This document shows, in pieces, positions 18,723 to 29,400 of a stretch of 64,000 nucleotides of DNA; position 1 is the stretch's first letter; each line of letters begins with the position of its first letter. Position numbers and translations under genes: made by a program. Source of the stretch: an uncultured Verrucomicrobiota bacterium (lineage in GTDB: Bacteria > Verrucomicrobiota > Verrucomicrobiia > Limisphaerales > UBA9464); assembly GCA_903821635.1 (NCBI GenBank), contig CAIJLV010000054.1, positions 564-64,563 on the forward strand, given 5' to 3'. The notes beneath the pieces are model-generated. The model worked only from the letters and a program-made list of their open reading frames with translations. It was not told the DNA's origin and did no database searches.

Positions 18723-19151
18723 ATGTCTTCGCCCGCCGATTCGGATTTGCCTGCGGAACGGCGGACCACCGTCTTTGAATTCGTGGGTGGCCGCGCCGCC
18801 TTGCTGGATTTCCTCCGGCAATTTTACGCCGACGTGCGGCAGGATTCGCTGATCGGGCCGATCTTTGACGCGCACATTCACGATTGGCCGACTCACCTCG
18901 AAAAAATCACTGACTTCTGGGCGTTGCAGACCGGCGGTCCGTCGAACTACCGCGGCGGCTTCGGCGCGGTGCATTTGCCGCTGGGTTTGGCGGAGCCCCA
19001 CTTCCGCCGGTGGTTGATGTTGTGGGAACTGAACTGCAAGGCGCGCTTGGAACCCGCCGCCGCGGAATACCTCATCGGCCGGGCCCATGAGCTCGCTGGC
19101 AACTTGCGCCGTTTGGTGGGCGGGCGCGGCGGCTTGCAAGTGACTGGCTGA
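18723..19151 (+). CDS. Group III truncated hemoglobin
   Basis: FYADVRQDSLIGPIF...DWPTHLEKITDFW...H...HFRRWLMLW pattern. Start 18705 or 18723. Confidence 0.85.
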   Translation: MSSPADSDLPAERRTTVFEFVGGRAALLDFLRQFYADVRQDSLIGPIFDAHIHDWPTHLEKITDFWALQTGGPSNYRGGFGAVHLPLGLAEPHFRRWLMLWELNCKARLEPAAAEYLIGRAHELAGNLRRLVGGRGGLQVTG

Positions 19152-19161
19152 AGCGGCCCGA

Positions 19162-20925
19162 CTATTTCCTGCCCGGCGCGGGCAGCGTGAGTGATTCCAA
19201 CCGGTGCAACTCGGCCAAGTCGGCCAAGGCTCGGGTGTCCTCAATCGCAGCGAGTGCGAACCAAGCGGCCGAGACTTCCCGGTAAATCACCGCCCGCCGG
19301 AAGTTTGCCCACTCGGTTTCGGCCGTCAGTGCGGCGCCGTCGGCGGCGACGTGCTGTAGTGTTCGCTGCCGCCATTCGGTCAGGGCGGCCACGGTGGGGT
19401 TGGCCGCGGTGAGGTCACCAGCGAGGGTTTGCACGATCCACGTGTCGCGCAGTTCCGCGCGCCGGGCCAGCCACCGTCCCAGCGCGTCAAACCGGGCCGG
19501 GTCAGTGGCGGCCAGATGTGAATGCCGATTAAAGAGTTGATCCGGCCACCGGAGTGGATCGGGGTCGGCGGTTTCCGCGGCGGCGGCCTCCGGCTCCCAA
19601 GCGTGCTCTGCGAGCAGGGCCTTCGGTCGCCCACTCGCCCCGGCCAGTTGTGGAAAATACTGGTGCCACGCCGCCGCCACGGCGGGCCCGGCGGCCGCCG
19701 TCTGGGTCTCCGCTTCCGCCAGCAACTGGGCCGCCACCTGCTTGCGCTGATGCAGCTCGGCCAGCATCTGGCGGGCCGATACCGGGTTGGCCAGCGCGGC
19801 CCGCCGGCGCGGTTGGTCGAGCCCCGGGGTGCGGGCGATGACGTCTTCCACCCAGCGGCGATGGCGGGTCCAAGGCGCCGGCGCGGGGGTGGCCGGCTGC
19901 TTCCAAGCGGCGGTAAAGGCGGTCTGGGCGGCTTGCCGGCGTTCGCCCCAGACGGCTTGGTCTCCGGGGTGCTCGCTCAGGAGCGCTTCTGTCCAGCGTT
20001 CCAAATAGTAGTCCGAAGTCGCGAGCGGGAGCTCGAAGGACCAAGCCGGCAAAGCCAGCACGGCGGCCCGGTGCGCCTCGGTCAGCGTCAGGGCGGGGCG
20101 GCGGACTTTGCCCGGCGGGTTGCCGGCGGCAAATTTTCCAGCAAACAAGCCGACATACGTGTCTTGCCAGAAGTCGGGCGTGGTCGTGCAGCCAGCGGAG
20201 GCGAGGTCTTCGTGGGCCGCCGTAAAGCCCGCGGCGCCGCGTTGGATCACGGGGCGGCGGTCGTCGTCCCCCACGATCGCCTGGTGGAATCCGCCGGAGT
20301 AACAGGACGTGATCAGGAACACGAAATCGGCCTTGCGCCCCGGGGCAGCGAGCCGGTTTCGGAGCTCAGGCACGGTAAACGGGGCGGGTTCGGTGGGCGC
20401 CTGCTGCTGGGTGGGCTCGGCTTGCCAGAGCAGGAGTCGGTTGTGGCGGAAGCGGTCGGGGTGAAATTCAGGCAACGTGGGCTCGGGCGAACCGTGGCCG
20501 TGGGCGAACAGCCAAACTTGGCCGGGGGCGCGCAAATGGCGGGTCAACGCCGAGGCGAGGTTGGCTGGGGTGGCGGGCTGATTCCGGCGCAGGCGGCCGG
20601 GTTCCAGGGTTTCAAACGCGAGCACTTCGCCCGGCTTTGCCTCGGCTTCCCGCTGGATGCGCACATCGGCGTAAAATGGTTTCCGGCCGGGCTGATTGCC
20701 GGCACCGAAAAGCACGGTCGTCTGCGCTGGCCGGTAGCGCCGGCCCAATTCGGTGCGCCAAAAATCCGCCACTTCAAAGATGGAGGCCTCTTGTGCCGCC
20801 GGCACGCCACCCGAACCCAAGACGATGAAATGATCCGCGGCCTGAAGCGGGCATGCCCCGAGCCACAGGGCCGGCAATAACCAACCGGCTGCGACCCGGT
20901 GCCAGGGGAGTGGAGGGCAAAACAT
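19162..20925 (-). CDS. Secreted clan CD (caspase/legumain-fold) cysteine peptidase-like protein
   Basis: Signal-peptide-like N-terminus; WLFAHGHG (His) and FLITSCYSGGF (Cys) dyad motifs; helical C-terminal half. Start estimated. Confidence 0.65.
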   Translation of the reverse strand: MFCPPLPWHRVAAGWLLPALWLGACPLQAADHFIVLGSGGVPAAQEASIFEVADFWRTELGRRYRPAQTTVLFGAGNQPGRKPFYADVRIQREAEAKPGEVLAFETLEPGRLRRNQPATPANLASALTRHLRAPGQVWLFAHGHGSPEPTLPEFHPDRFRHNRLLLWQAEPTQQQAPTEPAPFTVPELRNRLAAPGRKADFVFLITSCYSGGFHQAIVGDDDRRPVIQRGAAGFTAAHEDLASAGCTTTPDFWQDTYVGLFAGKFAAGNPPGKVRRPALTLTEAHRAAVLALPAWSFELPLATSDYYLERWTEALLSEHPGDQAVWGERRQAAQTAFTAAWKQPATPAPAPWTRHRRWVEDVIARTPGLDQPRRRAALANPVSARQMLAELHQRKQVAAQLLAEAETQTAAAGPAVAAAWHQYFPQLAGASGRPKALLAEHAWEPEAAAAETADPDPLRWPDQLFNRHSHLAATDPARFDALGRWLARRAELRDTWIVQTLAGDLTAANPTVAALTEWRQRTLQHVAADGAALTAETEWANFRRAVIYREVSAAWFALAAIEDTRALADLAELHRLESLTLPAPGRK

Positions 20926-21070
20926 CGGGCGACAGGTTCCCGGACGAGTGCGGGCGGGGTCAAGCGGGTGGAATTTTTCCGAATTTGAGGTGCCCCAAGC
21001 CGTCTGCGCCCGGTGAATTTCGTCTCCGGGGCAGTTGAGCCTGCCGCGGTTCTGCTCCATGATTGTTTCC

Positions 21071-24000
21071 ATGATTACCCGTTCGGCAGGCAGGTCAGGC
21101 CCCGTGCGAGCTTTGGTCCTCGGCCTCTGGTGCGCCTTCGTGGCCTCGGCGGCGCCGGTCACCTTCAACCGCGACATCCGGCCGATCTTGTCGGACAACT
21201 GCTTTGCCTGTCACGGCTACGACGCCAAGACGCGCAAAGCCGGGTTGCGACTCGACACGGCGGAAGGTGCGTTGGCCCCGAACAAGCACGGTAAAGTGCC
21301 CATTAAGCCGGGTGAATTGGCGGCCAGCGAACTATGGCTGCGCTTGAACTCGACCGATTCGGAGGACGTGATGCCGCCGCCCGAATCCCACAAGCAACTC
21401 ACGGCCGGGCAAAAGGAGCTGGTTAAGCGCTGGATTGAGCAGGGCGCGCCCTACCAGAAGCACTGGGCGTTTGAGCCGGTGGCGCCGCCGGCGGTGCCCG
21501 CGGTGGCTGCGGTCCGTTCCGGCAATCCCGTGGATCAGTTTGTCCAAGCCCGGTTGCAGGCGGAGAAGCTCGCTCCGGCCCCTGAGGCGGATCGCGAAAC
21601 GCTAATTCGCCGGTTGAGTTTTGATCTGCGCGGGCTGCCGCCGACGCCGGCCGAAGTGGCCCGCTTTGTCGGCGATGTTTGGCCAGGTGCTTACGAACGA
21701 CTGACCGATCGGTTGCTGGATTCGCCGCACTTCGGGGAGCACATGGCCAAACATTGGCTCGATGTCGCGCGCTACGCCGATACGCACGGGATGCACCTCG
21801 ATAACGAGCGCCAGATGTGGGCTTACCGCGACTGGGTGGTGCGGGCATTTAACCGGAATCTGCCGTTTGACCGTTTCACCGTGGAACAATTGGCAGGCGA
21901 CCTCTTGCCGTCGCCGACCACCGAGCAGTTGGTGGCCACTGGGTTTAACCGCTGCAACGTCACCACGGGCGAAGGTGGTTCCATCGATGCCGAATGGATC
22001 TTTCGCTACGCGGTGGATCGGACGGCCACCACCGTGCAGGCGTGGCTTGGTCTGACCGCGGGTTGCGCCGTCTGCCACGACCACAAGTTTGATCCGGTGT
22101 CGCAGAAAGAATTCTATTCGCTCTACGCCTTCTTCCACAGTGCCGCCGACCCCGCCATGGATGGTAATGCCTTGCGCACGGCCCCGTTGGTGCAGCTCAA
22201 GGATGCCGATTCCGAACAACAGTTGGCGGAATACCAAGCCGAGATTCGCCGCGCCGAAGCCAAGGTGAGCGCCGCGCTGAAGTCGGTCAGCTACCTCGAT
22301 CCGGCTACGCTCACGCCGCCACCGGCGCCACGGGAGGAAGAGGTTGTCTGGCTGGATGATGACGTTCCCGCCGGCTTCAAAGCGCAGGGTTCGCCCGCTT
22401 TTGTCGGGGCAGGGAACCCGGTCTTCGCGGGGCAGAAAGCCTTACGCCGACAGGCGGATGAACTGGTGCAGGACGTGTTTGAAAGCAACCCGCCGGCCCT
22501 GACGATTCCGCGGAACGCCAAGCTGTTTGCGTATGTTTACCTCGACCCGGCTAACCCGCCGAAGGAGATCATGCTCCAGTTCAACGTGGGCGACTGGGAA
22601 CACCGCGCCGCGTGGGGCGACGTGGACGCCATCAGTTGGGGCGAAAAGGGCAAACCCAGCCGGGCTCATCTCGGGGCACTGCCGAAGGCGGGCGAATGGG
22701 TGCGGCTGGAATTCGATGCCGAGAAGGTGGGTTTGAAAGCTGGTGACCTGCTTCGCGGACTCGCTTACACGCAGTTTGGCGGGACGGTTTTCTGGGATAA
22801 GGCGGGCGTGGTGGGCCGCTTGGATCCGGCGAATGACGCCACCCAGTCGTTTCTGGCGTGGACCCGGCAATTCGACGGCCAGGAGGCCAACGGGTTGCCC
22901 GACGCGGTGCGCAAACTCTTCAAGGATGTGGCGCCGACCAACCGCACGCCGGAGCAGGTGACGCAGTTGCGCGAGTATTACCTGTCCCGCGCCTGCGCCA
23001 CGACCAAGGCGACGTTTGCGCCCCTCACCGAAGCCATCGCGGCGGCCCAAAAACGTTACAACGAGTTCAACGACGGGATCGTGCAGTCGTTCATCTTCCG
23101 GGATTTGGAAAAGCCGCGCGACAGCTTCGTCATGCAGCGGGGCGCCTACGACAAACCGGGCGAACGAGTTTCCCGCAACGTGCCGGCCGTGTTGCCGCCG
23201 CTCCGCAACACCAACAATCTGACGCGGCTCGACCTTGCGGAATGGCTTGTGAGCCCTGAAAACCCGCTCACTGCCCGCGTGACGGTTAACCGTTTCTGGC
23301 AGCAATTCTTCGGCACTGGACTGGTGAAGACGTCCGATAACTTCGGTTCCCAAGGTGAGCCGCCCAGCCATCCCGAACTGCTCGACTGGTTGGCGACGAA
23401 CTTTCGCGAAACCGGTTGGGACATGAAACGCTTCGTGAAACTGCTCGTCACGTCCGCCACCTACCGGCAGGCCGCCGCCGTGGCGCCGGAGTTGCTGGAG
23501 CGGGATCCGGAAAACCGGCTCTTCGCGCGCGGTCCCCGGTTCCGGTTGGACGCGGAACAATTGCGTGACAACGCGCTGTTCGTCTCTGGCTTGATTGATC
23601 TGACCCTCGGTGGCAAGGGCGTGAAGTCGTATCAGCCGCCCAACATTTGGGAGCCGGTGGCTTACTCGGGTTCGAACACGAAAGATTACAAACAGGACGC
23701 GGGCAGCGCGCTCTACCGGCGCAGCCTCTACGCCTTCGTCAAACGCACCGCACCGCCCCCGTTCATGGGCACGTTTGATGCGCCCAACCGCGAGCAAATG
23801 TGCGCCCGCCGCGAGCGCAGCAATACGCCGCTGCAGGCGTTGCAGCTCATGAACGACGTGCAGCATTTCGAAGCCGCCCGCGGGCTGGCGCAGCGAATGC
23901 TGAAGGAGGGGGGCCGCACCGTGGATGACCGGTTGGTTTTCGGCTATCGCACCGTGCTGGGGCGAGCGCCGTCGGGACCTGAGCTCGCCGTCGTGACCAA

Positions 24001-24172
24001 CGCCTTAAAGCAACACCTGACCCGCTATCAAGCTGACCAGGAAGCCGCGAAGCAGGTCGTTTCCTTCGGTGACTCTCAGCCCGATGGGGCGCTGGCGGTG
24101 CCCGAACTGGCGGCCTACACGCTCGCTGCAAACCTGCTCCTGAATCTCGATGAAACGGTAACCCGGAACTGA
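21071..24172 (+). CDS. Planctomycete-type cytochrome c / DUF1549 / DUF1553 (PSCyt1-PSCyt2-PSD1) protein
   Basis: [60 protein letters not shown]. Start approximate. Confidence 0.93.
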   Translation: MITRSAGRSGPVRALVLGLWCAFVASAAPVTFNRDIRPILSDNCFACHGYDAKTRKAGLRLDTAEGALAPNKHGKVPIKPGELAASELWLRLNSTDSEDVMPPPESHKQLTAGQKELVKRWIEQGAPYQKHWAFEPVAPPAVPAVAAVRSGNPVDQFVQARLQAEKLAPAPEADRETLIRRLSFDLRGLPPTPAEVARFVGDVWPGAYERLTDRLLDSPHFGEHMAKHWLDVARYADTHGMHLDNERQMWAYRDWVVRAFNRNLPFDRFTVEQLAGDLLPSPTTEQLVATGFNRCNVTTGEGGSIDAEWIFRYAVDRTATTVQAWLGLTAGCAVCHDHKFDPVSQKEFYSLYAFFHSAADPAMDGNALRTAPLVQLKDADSEQQLAEYQAEIRRAEAKVSAALKSVSYLDPATLTPPPAPREEEVVWLDDDVPAGFKAQGSPAFVGAGNPVFAGQKALRRQADELVQDVFESNPPALTIPRNAKLFAYVYLDPANPPKEIMLQFNVGDWEHRAAWGDVDAISWGEKGKPSRAHLGALPKAGEWVRLEFDAEKVGLKAGDLLRGLAYTQFGGTVFWDKAGVVGRLDPANDATQSFLAWTRQFDGQEANGLPDAVRKLFKDVAPTNRTPEQVTQLREYYLSRACATTKATFAPLTEAIAAAQKRYNEFNDGIVQSFIFRDLEKPRDSFVMQRGAYDKPGERVSRNVPAVLPPLRNTNNLTRLDLAEWLVSPENPLTARVTVNRFWQQFFGTGLVKTSDNFGSQGEPPSHPELLDWLATNFRETGWDMKRFVKLLVTSATYRQAAAVAPELLERDPENRLFARGPRFRLDAEQLRDNALFVSGLIDLTLGGKGVKSYQPPNIWEPVAYSGSNTKDYKQDAGSALYRRSLYAFVKRTAPPPFMGTFDAPNREQMCARRERSNTPLQALQLMNDVQHFEAARGLAQRMLKEGGRTVDDRLVFGYRTVLGRAPSGPELAVVTNALKQHLTRYQADQEAAKQVVSFGDSQPDGALAVPELAAYTLAANLLLNLDETVTRN

Positions 24173-24177
24173 ACTCC

Positions 24178-25653
24178 ATGAATCCGCTCCTTGATTTCCA
24201 TCTGCACCAGACCCGCCGCCAGTTCTTCGGGCAGACTGGCCTGCGTCTCGGCGGCATGGCGCTCGCCTTGATGGGTGCCAAGTCCGTCGGCGGCCAATTG
24301 CTGGGGGCGGCTTCGCCCGAGCGGGTGCACCCGCCGTTGCCGGGTTTCCCGCACTTCGCGCCCAAGGCGAAGCACCTCATCTATCTGCACATGAACGGCG
24401 CGCCGTCCCAGCTCGATATGTGGGATTACAAGCCGCGGTTGGGTGAATACTTCGACAAGGATCTGCCGGACTCAGTGCGACAGGGCCAGCGCATCACCAC
24501 CATGACTTCGGGGCAGGCGCGCTTCCCAGTGGCGCCCTCCATGTTCAAGTTCAGCCAAGCGGGCCAGTGCGGTCGCTGGATCAGCGAACTGTTGCCGCAC
24601 ACCGCGGGCATCGTCGATGACCTCGCGCTGATCAAGACGGTCCACACCAACGCCATCAACCACGACCCGGCCTGCACGTTCGTGATGACCGGCAGTGAAG
24701 TCTCCGGCAAAGCCAGCCTCGGTTCCTGGCTCGCCTACGGCTTGGGCAGCGAGAATAACGATCTGCCCGCGTTTGTTGTGCTTACGCCGACTTGGTCTTC
24801 CAAGTCCGCCGCGCAGGCCCTCTTCACCCGCATGTGGAGCAGTGGTTTCCTGCCCGGCCGCTACAATGGCGTCGCTCTGCGCTCCGTCGGTGACCCGGTG
24901 CTTTACATCCAGAATCCGCCCGGCGTCAGCGGTTCCGATCGGCGAACGATGCTGGATGCGTTAAACACGCTGAATCAGCGCAGCCACGAACACTTTGGCG
25001 ATCCCGAGACGCTGACCCGCATCGCTCAATACGAAATGGCGTTCCGCATGCAGAGCAGCGTGCCGGAACTCGTCGATTTTCAGGGCGAATCCAAGGCCAC
25101 GCTCGACTTGTATGGCGACGACGTAAAGAAGCCCGGTTCCTTTGCGGCGAGCGCGTTGTTGGCCCGGCGGTTGGTGGAACGCGGCGTCCGCTGTGTGCAG
25201 GTGCTCCACCGCGGCTGGGATCAGCACGGCAGTTTGCCGACCGAGATCCGCGCCCAATGTCGCGACATCGACCAGGCCACCGCCGCCCTGGTGAAGGACC
25301 TCAAACAACGCGGCCTGCTTCAGGATACGTTGATTGTCTGGGGCGGCGAATTTGGCCGGACGGTCTATTCGCAGGGCAAGCTGACCCGCGACGACTACGG
25401 GCGTGACCATCACCCGCGCAACTTCTGCATGTGGATGGCGGGCGGTGGCGTGAAGCCCGGCGTGTCCTACGGCGAGACCGACGACTTCAGCTACAGCCCG
25501 GTGGAAAATCCGGTTCACTTGAATGACCTGAACGCGACCCTCCTCCACTGCATGGGCATCAATCACGAGCGGTTCACGTTCAAGTCCCAGGGACTCGATC
25601 AGCGCCTGACCGGAGTCGAGCCGGCCGCCCCAGTGAAGGCGCTCTTGGCCTAG
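24178..25653 (+). CDS. DUF1501 domain protein, Tat-exported
   Basis: TRRQFF twin-arginine motif, [29 protein letters not shown]. Typical partner of DUF1553 genes. Confidence 0.93.
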   Translation: MNPLLDFHLHQTRRQFFGQTGLRLGGMALALMGAKSVGGQLLGAASPERVHPPLPGFPHFAPKAKHLIYLHMNGAPSQLDMWDYKPRLGEYFDKDLPDSVRQGQRITTMTSGQARFPVAPSMFKFSQAGQCGRWISELLPHTAGIVDDLALIKTVHTNAINHDPACTFVMTGSEVSGKASLGSWLAYGLGSENNDLPAFVVLTPTWSSKSAAQALFTRMWSSGFLPGRYNGVALRSVGDPVLYIQNPPGVSGSDRRTMLDALNTLNQRSHEHFGDPETLTRIAQYEMAFRMQSSVPELVDFQGESKATLDLYGDDVKKPGSFAASALLARRLVERGVRCVQVLHRGWDQHGSLPTEIRAQCRDIDQATAALVKDLKQRGLLQDTLIVWGGEFGRTVYSQGKLTRDDYGRDHHPRNFCMWMAGGGVKPGVSYGETDDFSYSPVENPVHLNDLNATLLHCMGINHERFTFKSQGLDQRLTGVEPAAPVKALLA

Positions 25654-25765
25654 CGGTCGGCATTGTTGCGCACCCGCACGCCGTTGAACCGCCGCGGTGT
25701 AAACGGTCACCCCAAGCGCACCGCCTTCGGGTTGCGGTTCGCCGGATTCGCCCCACGCTAGGGGC

Positions 25766-26341
25766 ATGATTCGGCTTCTGGCAGCGGTGGGAATGCTCGG
25801 TTTGTGCCTCGGTTGCTCGGCGGTGCCGCGGCAGGCAGACTCCGCCGCCGGGTTTCGCGCCGCGGTGGCAGAGTTGGCCAGCCAACCGAACGTCGAACCT
25901 GGTTCCGAGATAGAGCAACAGGGTATCAACCGGCTGAAAAGTTTCTTGGGCAACTGGAGTCCGGCCACAATCCGGCTGGAGACCGCCCGAGTGTATGCGC
26001 CGAACGCCTACCTCAACGACACGTTGAAAACACTGCGGGGCGCGGACGCGATTCGGGACTACTTTCTGGAAACCGTGGAAAACGCGGAGAGTCTCACGGT
26101 GCAGTTCGAGGACGTGACGCGAGCGGGCGACGGGTTTTACTACTTCCGCTGGGTCATGGACGTGCGGATGAAGCGGATCGCCAAGGGCGAAATCATTCGC
26201 ACGCCGGGCATCACCTTGGTGCGGTTTGACGCGCAGGGGCGGGTGCTGATCCACCAAGACTACTGGGACAGCGCGGCCGGATTATGGGAACACGTCCCGG
26301 GGCTCGGCCGCGGTATCCGCACGATCAAGGCCCGATTCTAA
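25766..26341 (+). CDS. NTF2/SnoaL-like lipoprotein
   Basis: Lipobox-like CLGC; [10 protein letters not shown]...G.DAIRDYF...HQDYWD. Confidence 0.8.
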   Translation: MIRLLAAVGMLGLCLGCSAVPRQADSAAGFRAAVAELASQPNVEPGSEIEQQGINRLKSFLGNWSPATIRLETARVYAPNAYLNDTLKTLRGADAIRDYFLETVENAESLTVQFEDVTRAGDGFYYFRWVMDVRMKRIAKGEIIRTPGITLVRFDAQGRVLIHQDYWDSAAGLWEHVPGLGRGIRTIKARF

Positions 26342-26424
26342 CTCGGGCCCCGACTCCCGCCGCCCGGCCGGTTTCGTTCGCCCGCCGGGCTTGTGGCCAA
26401 GTAAAGCGGCCCCGTGGTCGAGTC

Positions 26425-29400
26425 TCAGGGCCACATGGGGCTGACGACTTGGAGGTAGCGAGTTTCGCCGGGCCCGGTGAGGGGCACGTCAATGATTCGC
26501 CCCGCGGTTCCGGCTGGCACGTCGAGGACCTTGAGCCAAGCGCCGCTGGTGAGTTGGTCCCGGGCAAGGATCGTGTAGCTGACGCCGGCTTGGGTGGTGA
26601 AGCGCACTTGTGGGGGCGTTCCGGGAAGCACGCTGAGCACCACGGGCTCCGCGGTGGCTTCCGTCACGCTGACCTGCACCTCGTCCTCACCGGCGAGCAA
26701 CGAGTCGTTGACCCCAAACCGCAGGCGGTAAGTGCCGGCGAGGTCGAAGGTGACGATCGTCTGGGGCGAGTTCGGGGCGGTGAAGGTGGTGGTTCCAGGA
26801 CCGGAAACCTGCGTCCAAGTAAACGTGGGCACGCCGGGCGGCGAGGGCAGGCCGTCATCGGTGAAGGTGGCGGTGAGCAAGAGGGGTTCACCCACCGTCG
26901 TGGTGCGGTCGGAGCCGGCACCGGCCGTCGGCCCGGTGTTGCCCGGCAGGCGTTGGCCCGTGAGGGTCAGGTCGAAGCTGAGATCGGACGAACCGCCGCC
27001 ACTTTGGTGCACCTCCACGGCCAACACGTTTTCGCCTTCCAGCAAGGGGCCGAGATCGATCGGGCTTTCGAAGAATGCACTTTCGTCGGCACCCCCCACG
27101 GCGGAGTTGGCCAGCGAATTATAGGTGAGCGTGCCTTCCGGGAGGTTGCTGCGAAAGATTTCCACCCCGTTCAGGTAAACTGCCGCGCCGTCATCGCGGA
27201 GGACTCCGAGTTTTAGCGACTGCATGCTGCTGGCGGAAAGGACGTTGAAGCGGGTGCGGAAATAGGTGGTGGGGTATTTGTTGCCGGCGTCCGGGCCAAA
27301 CCCGATCACGGTCGTTTCATCGGAGTCGCCAAAGCCCAGTTGGGCTCGGCCGGCCGGCCAAGCGCTGTCATTGAACGACGGCGCTCGCCAAGCGGTGCCC
27401 TGATCCACGCCCGTGTCGAGATAGCGCCAGAGGGAGCCGGCCGCCAACAGGGTCACCTCGCCGGCGGAGCGGGTCACGCTCACCAGCAGGTCGTCGCTGC
27501 TGGCCAATTCACCGTCACTGACCGTGACGCGGAGGCCGAACAAGCCAGTGCCCGGGACCGCCACTGTCGTGTTCGCCGCGTTGCGAGCCCCAAAGACCAC
27601 GCCCGCCGGGCCGCTGATCTGGGACCAAGAGTAACTCAGCGGTTCACCGGGTTGGCCGTCGTCTGTGGCGGTGGCGGCAACTGGTAGGGTGACGGGGAAG
27701 GCGGCTTCGACCAAATCACGATCCGGACCGGCGTCAGCAACGGGCGGGCGATTGGCGCGGTTGTCAAAGCCGGGCGAACCGCCCAGCGGACTGGCGCGCC
27801 ACGCGGCGGGATCATCGCCGTAGCGGACCGGAATTCGGCGCTCAAGCGTGGCGCCGAGGCCGGCGGCGGCGGTCGGCCACGGTGCCTGATCGCGGTAGCG
27901 CACGGAATCCACGACGAGATAAGGCACGACGGTGACGGCTTGCCCCGTCGAGTTGGTCGTGAAGTCCGGGCTGTCTGGCCGCTGCAATTCCAAGCGTTCG
28001 CCCCCATCCTGCAAGTTGCCGAGGAACGGGCCAAACACGGGCACCGCCGCGGGGATGCCGTAGCGGGACCGAAACAGCGTTGGATCACCCGCCGTCACGA
28101 CGGCGAAGCCTCGGGCGGGCAGCAGCGCGCCGGCGGGGAATTCGAAGTCGAGGCCGGCCACGCGCCAGCGATGGGTGGGAAAAGCCGGATCAAACAGCGG
28201 CACGGCGGCGTCCGTCAGATTGTGCAGTTCCACAAATTCCACGTCGCCGGCTCGCGGATGGTAATTGAACTCGCTGATGACGACCGGGCTGAGGGCCGGG
28301 CCGGCATTGGCAGCGCCGAAGGTGCGTGCCGCCTGGGTTGGGAACTGGAGTTCGCCCACGCTGTTCGTGTAGCGGCCGAAGGAGTCGCCGTTGGCGGCGG
28401 CCGGAAAGCTGAAGCCATCACTGTAGCCGGTCAGCGTGCCGGCGGCGTTGGCACTGAACAGCCACACCTGTTCACCGTGCGAGCTGAAGTTGAAACGGTT
28501 TGGACTCCCGGCTTGATTGAAGTCCGCTTCGGTCAACACGAGGTAGCCGCCGGCGGGAATGACCGTGTCGTTCGGAAGCCGGAATTGGTTGGGCACCCGG
28601 GCGTCGTCGGTCAGGAACCAGCCCGAGATTTCGGCCACCTCCGCGGTCGGGTTGTGGAGTTCGACGGAATCGAACAGCGGCGGGTCGGTGTGGGTGAGCA
28701 ATTCATTGATGACGACGCGCGGAATAGCACCCACCGGATCATCGCTGCCCGGCGAGCCGCCGGCTTGTGCACTGGCCCGCCAGTGGGTCGCGACGTTGGG
28801 GTCGGGGTTGGCGTTCGGATTCGTCGGCACGAGGGAGAAGCCCCCGCCGTCGGCACTCGCCGGCCACGGCGCGGCATCGCCGTAGGTGACTTCGAAAATC
28901 GTTTCCCCGGTGGCGTGGCTGAGGGTGAGACGTTCGCCGCCGTTGGCGAGTTTACCCGCGTAAACTCCGGCGACGGGCACGGTGGGATGACGGTTGGTGA
29001 AGGCGTCGCGGTCGCTGACCAAGACGGCAAACGCGCCCGGAGCCAGGGCGCTGCCGCGGGGGAAGGTGAAGCTGAGGCCATTCGTGAACCCGACTCCGCT
29101 CAGGTCGAGTTCGGTGGCGCCGGTGTTCTTTAACTCGATGAATTCGAAGCGGTCGCCATCCACGTCGCCGACCGGCGGCGGGTTATACATCAGTTCGGTG
29201 ATGGCGAGCGTCCGCCACGTCTGGGCGAGGATGAAGTCGGCTTCGTTCAGGGCGCTCCAATTGGTGCCGTTCAAGGCGCGGGCTCTGACGAGCACGCTCT
29301 CGGTCAGGGGCAACACTAAGCCGCTGGGCCCGCTGCGGGCGGTCGGAGAGACGGCCCCGCCCAGCAAGCGCGGGTCCGACCCATCGGTCGTGTAATGGAG

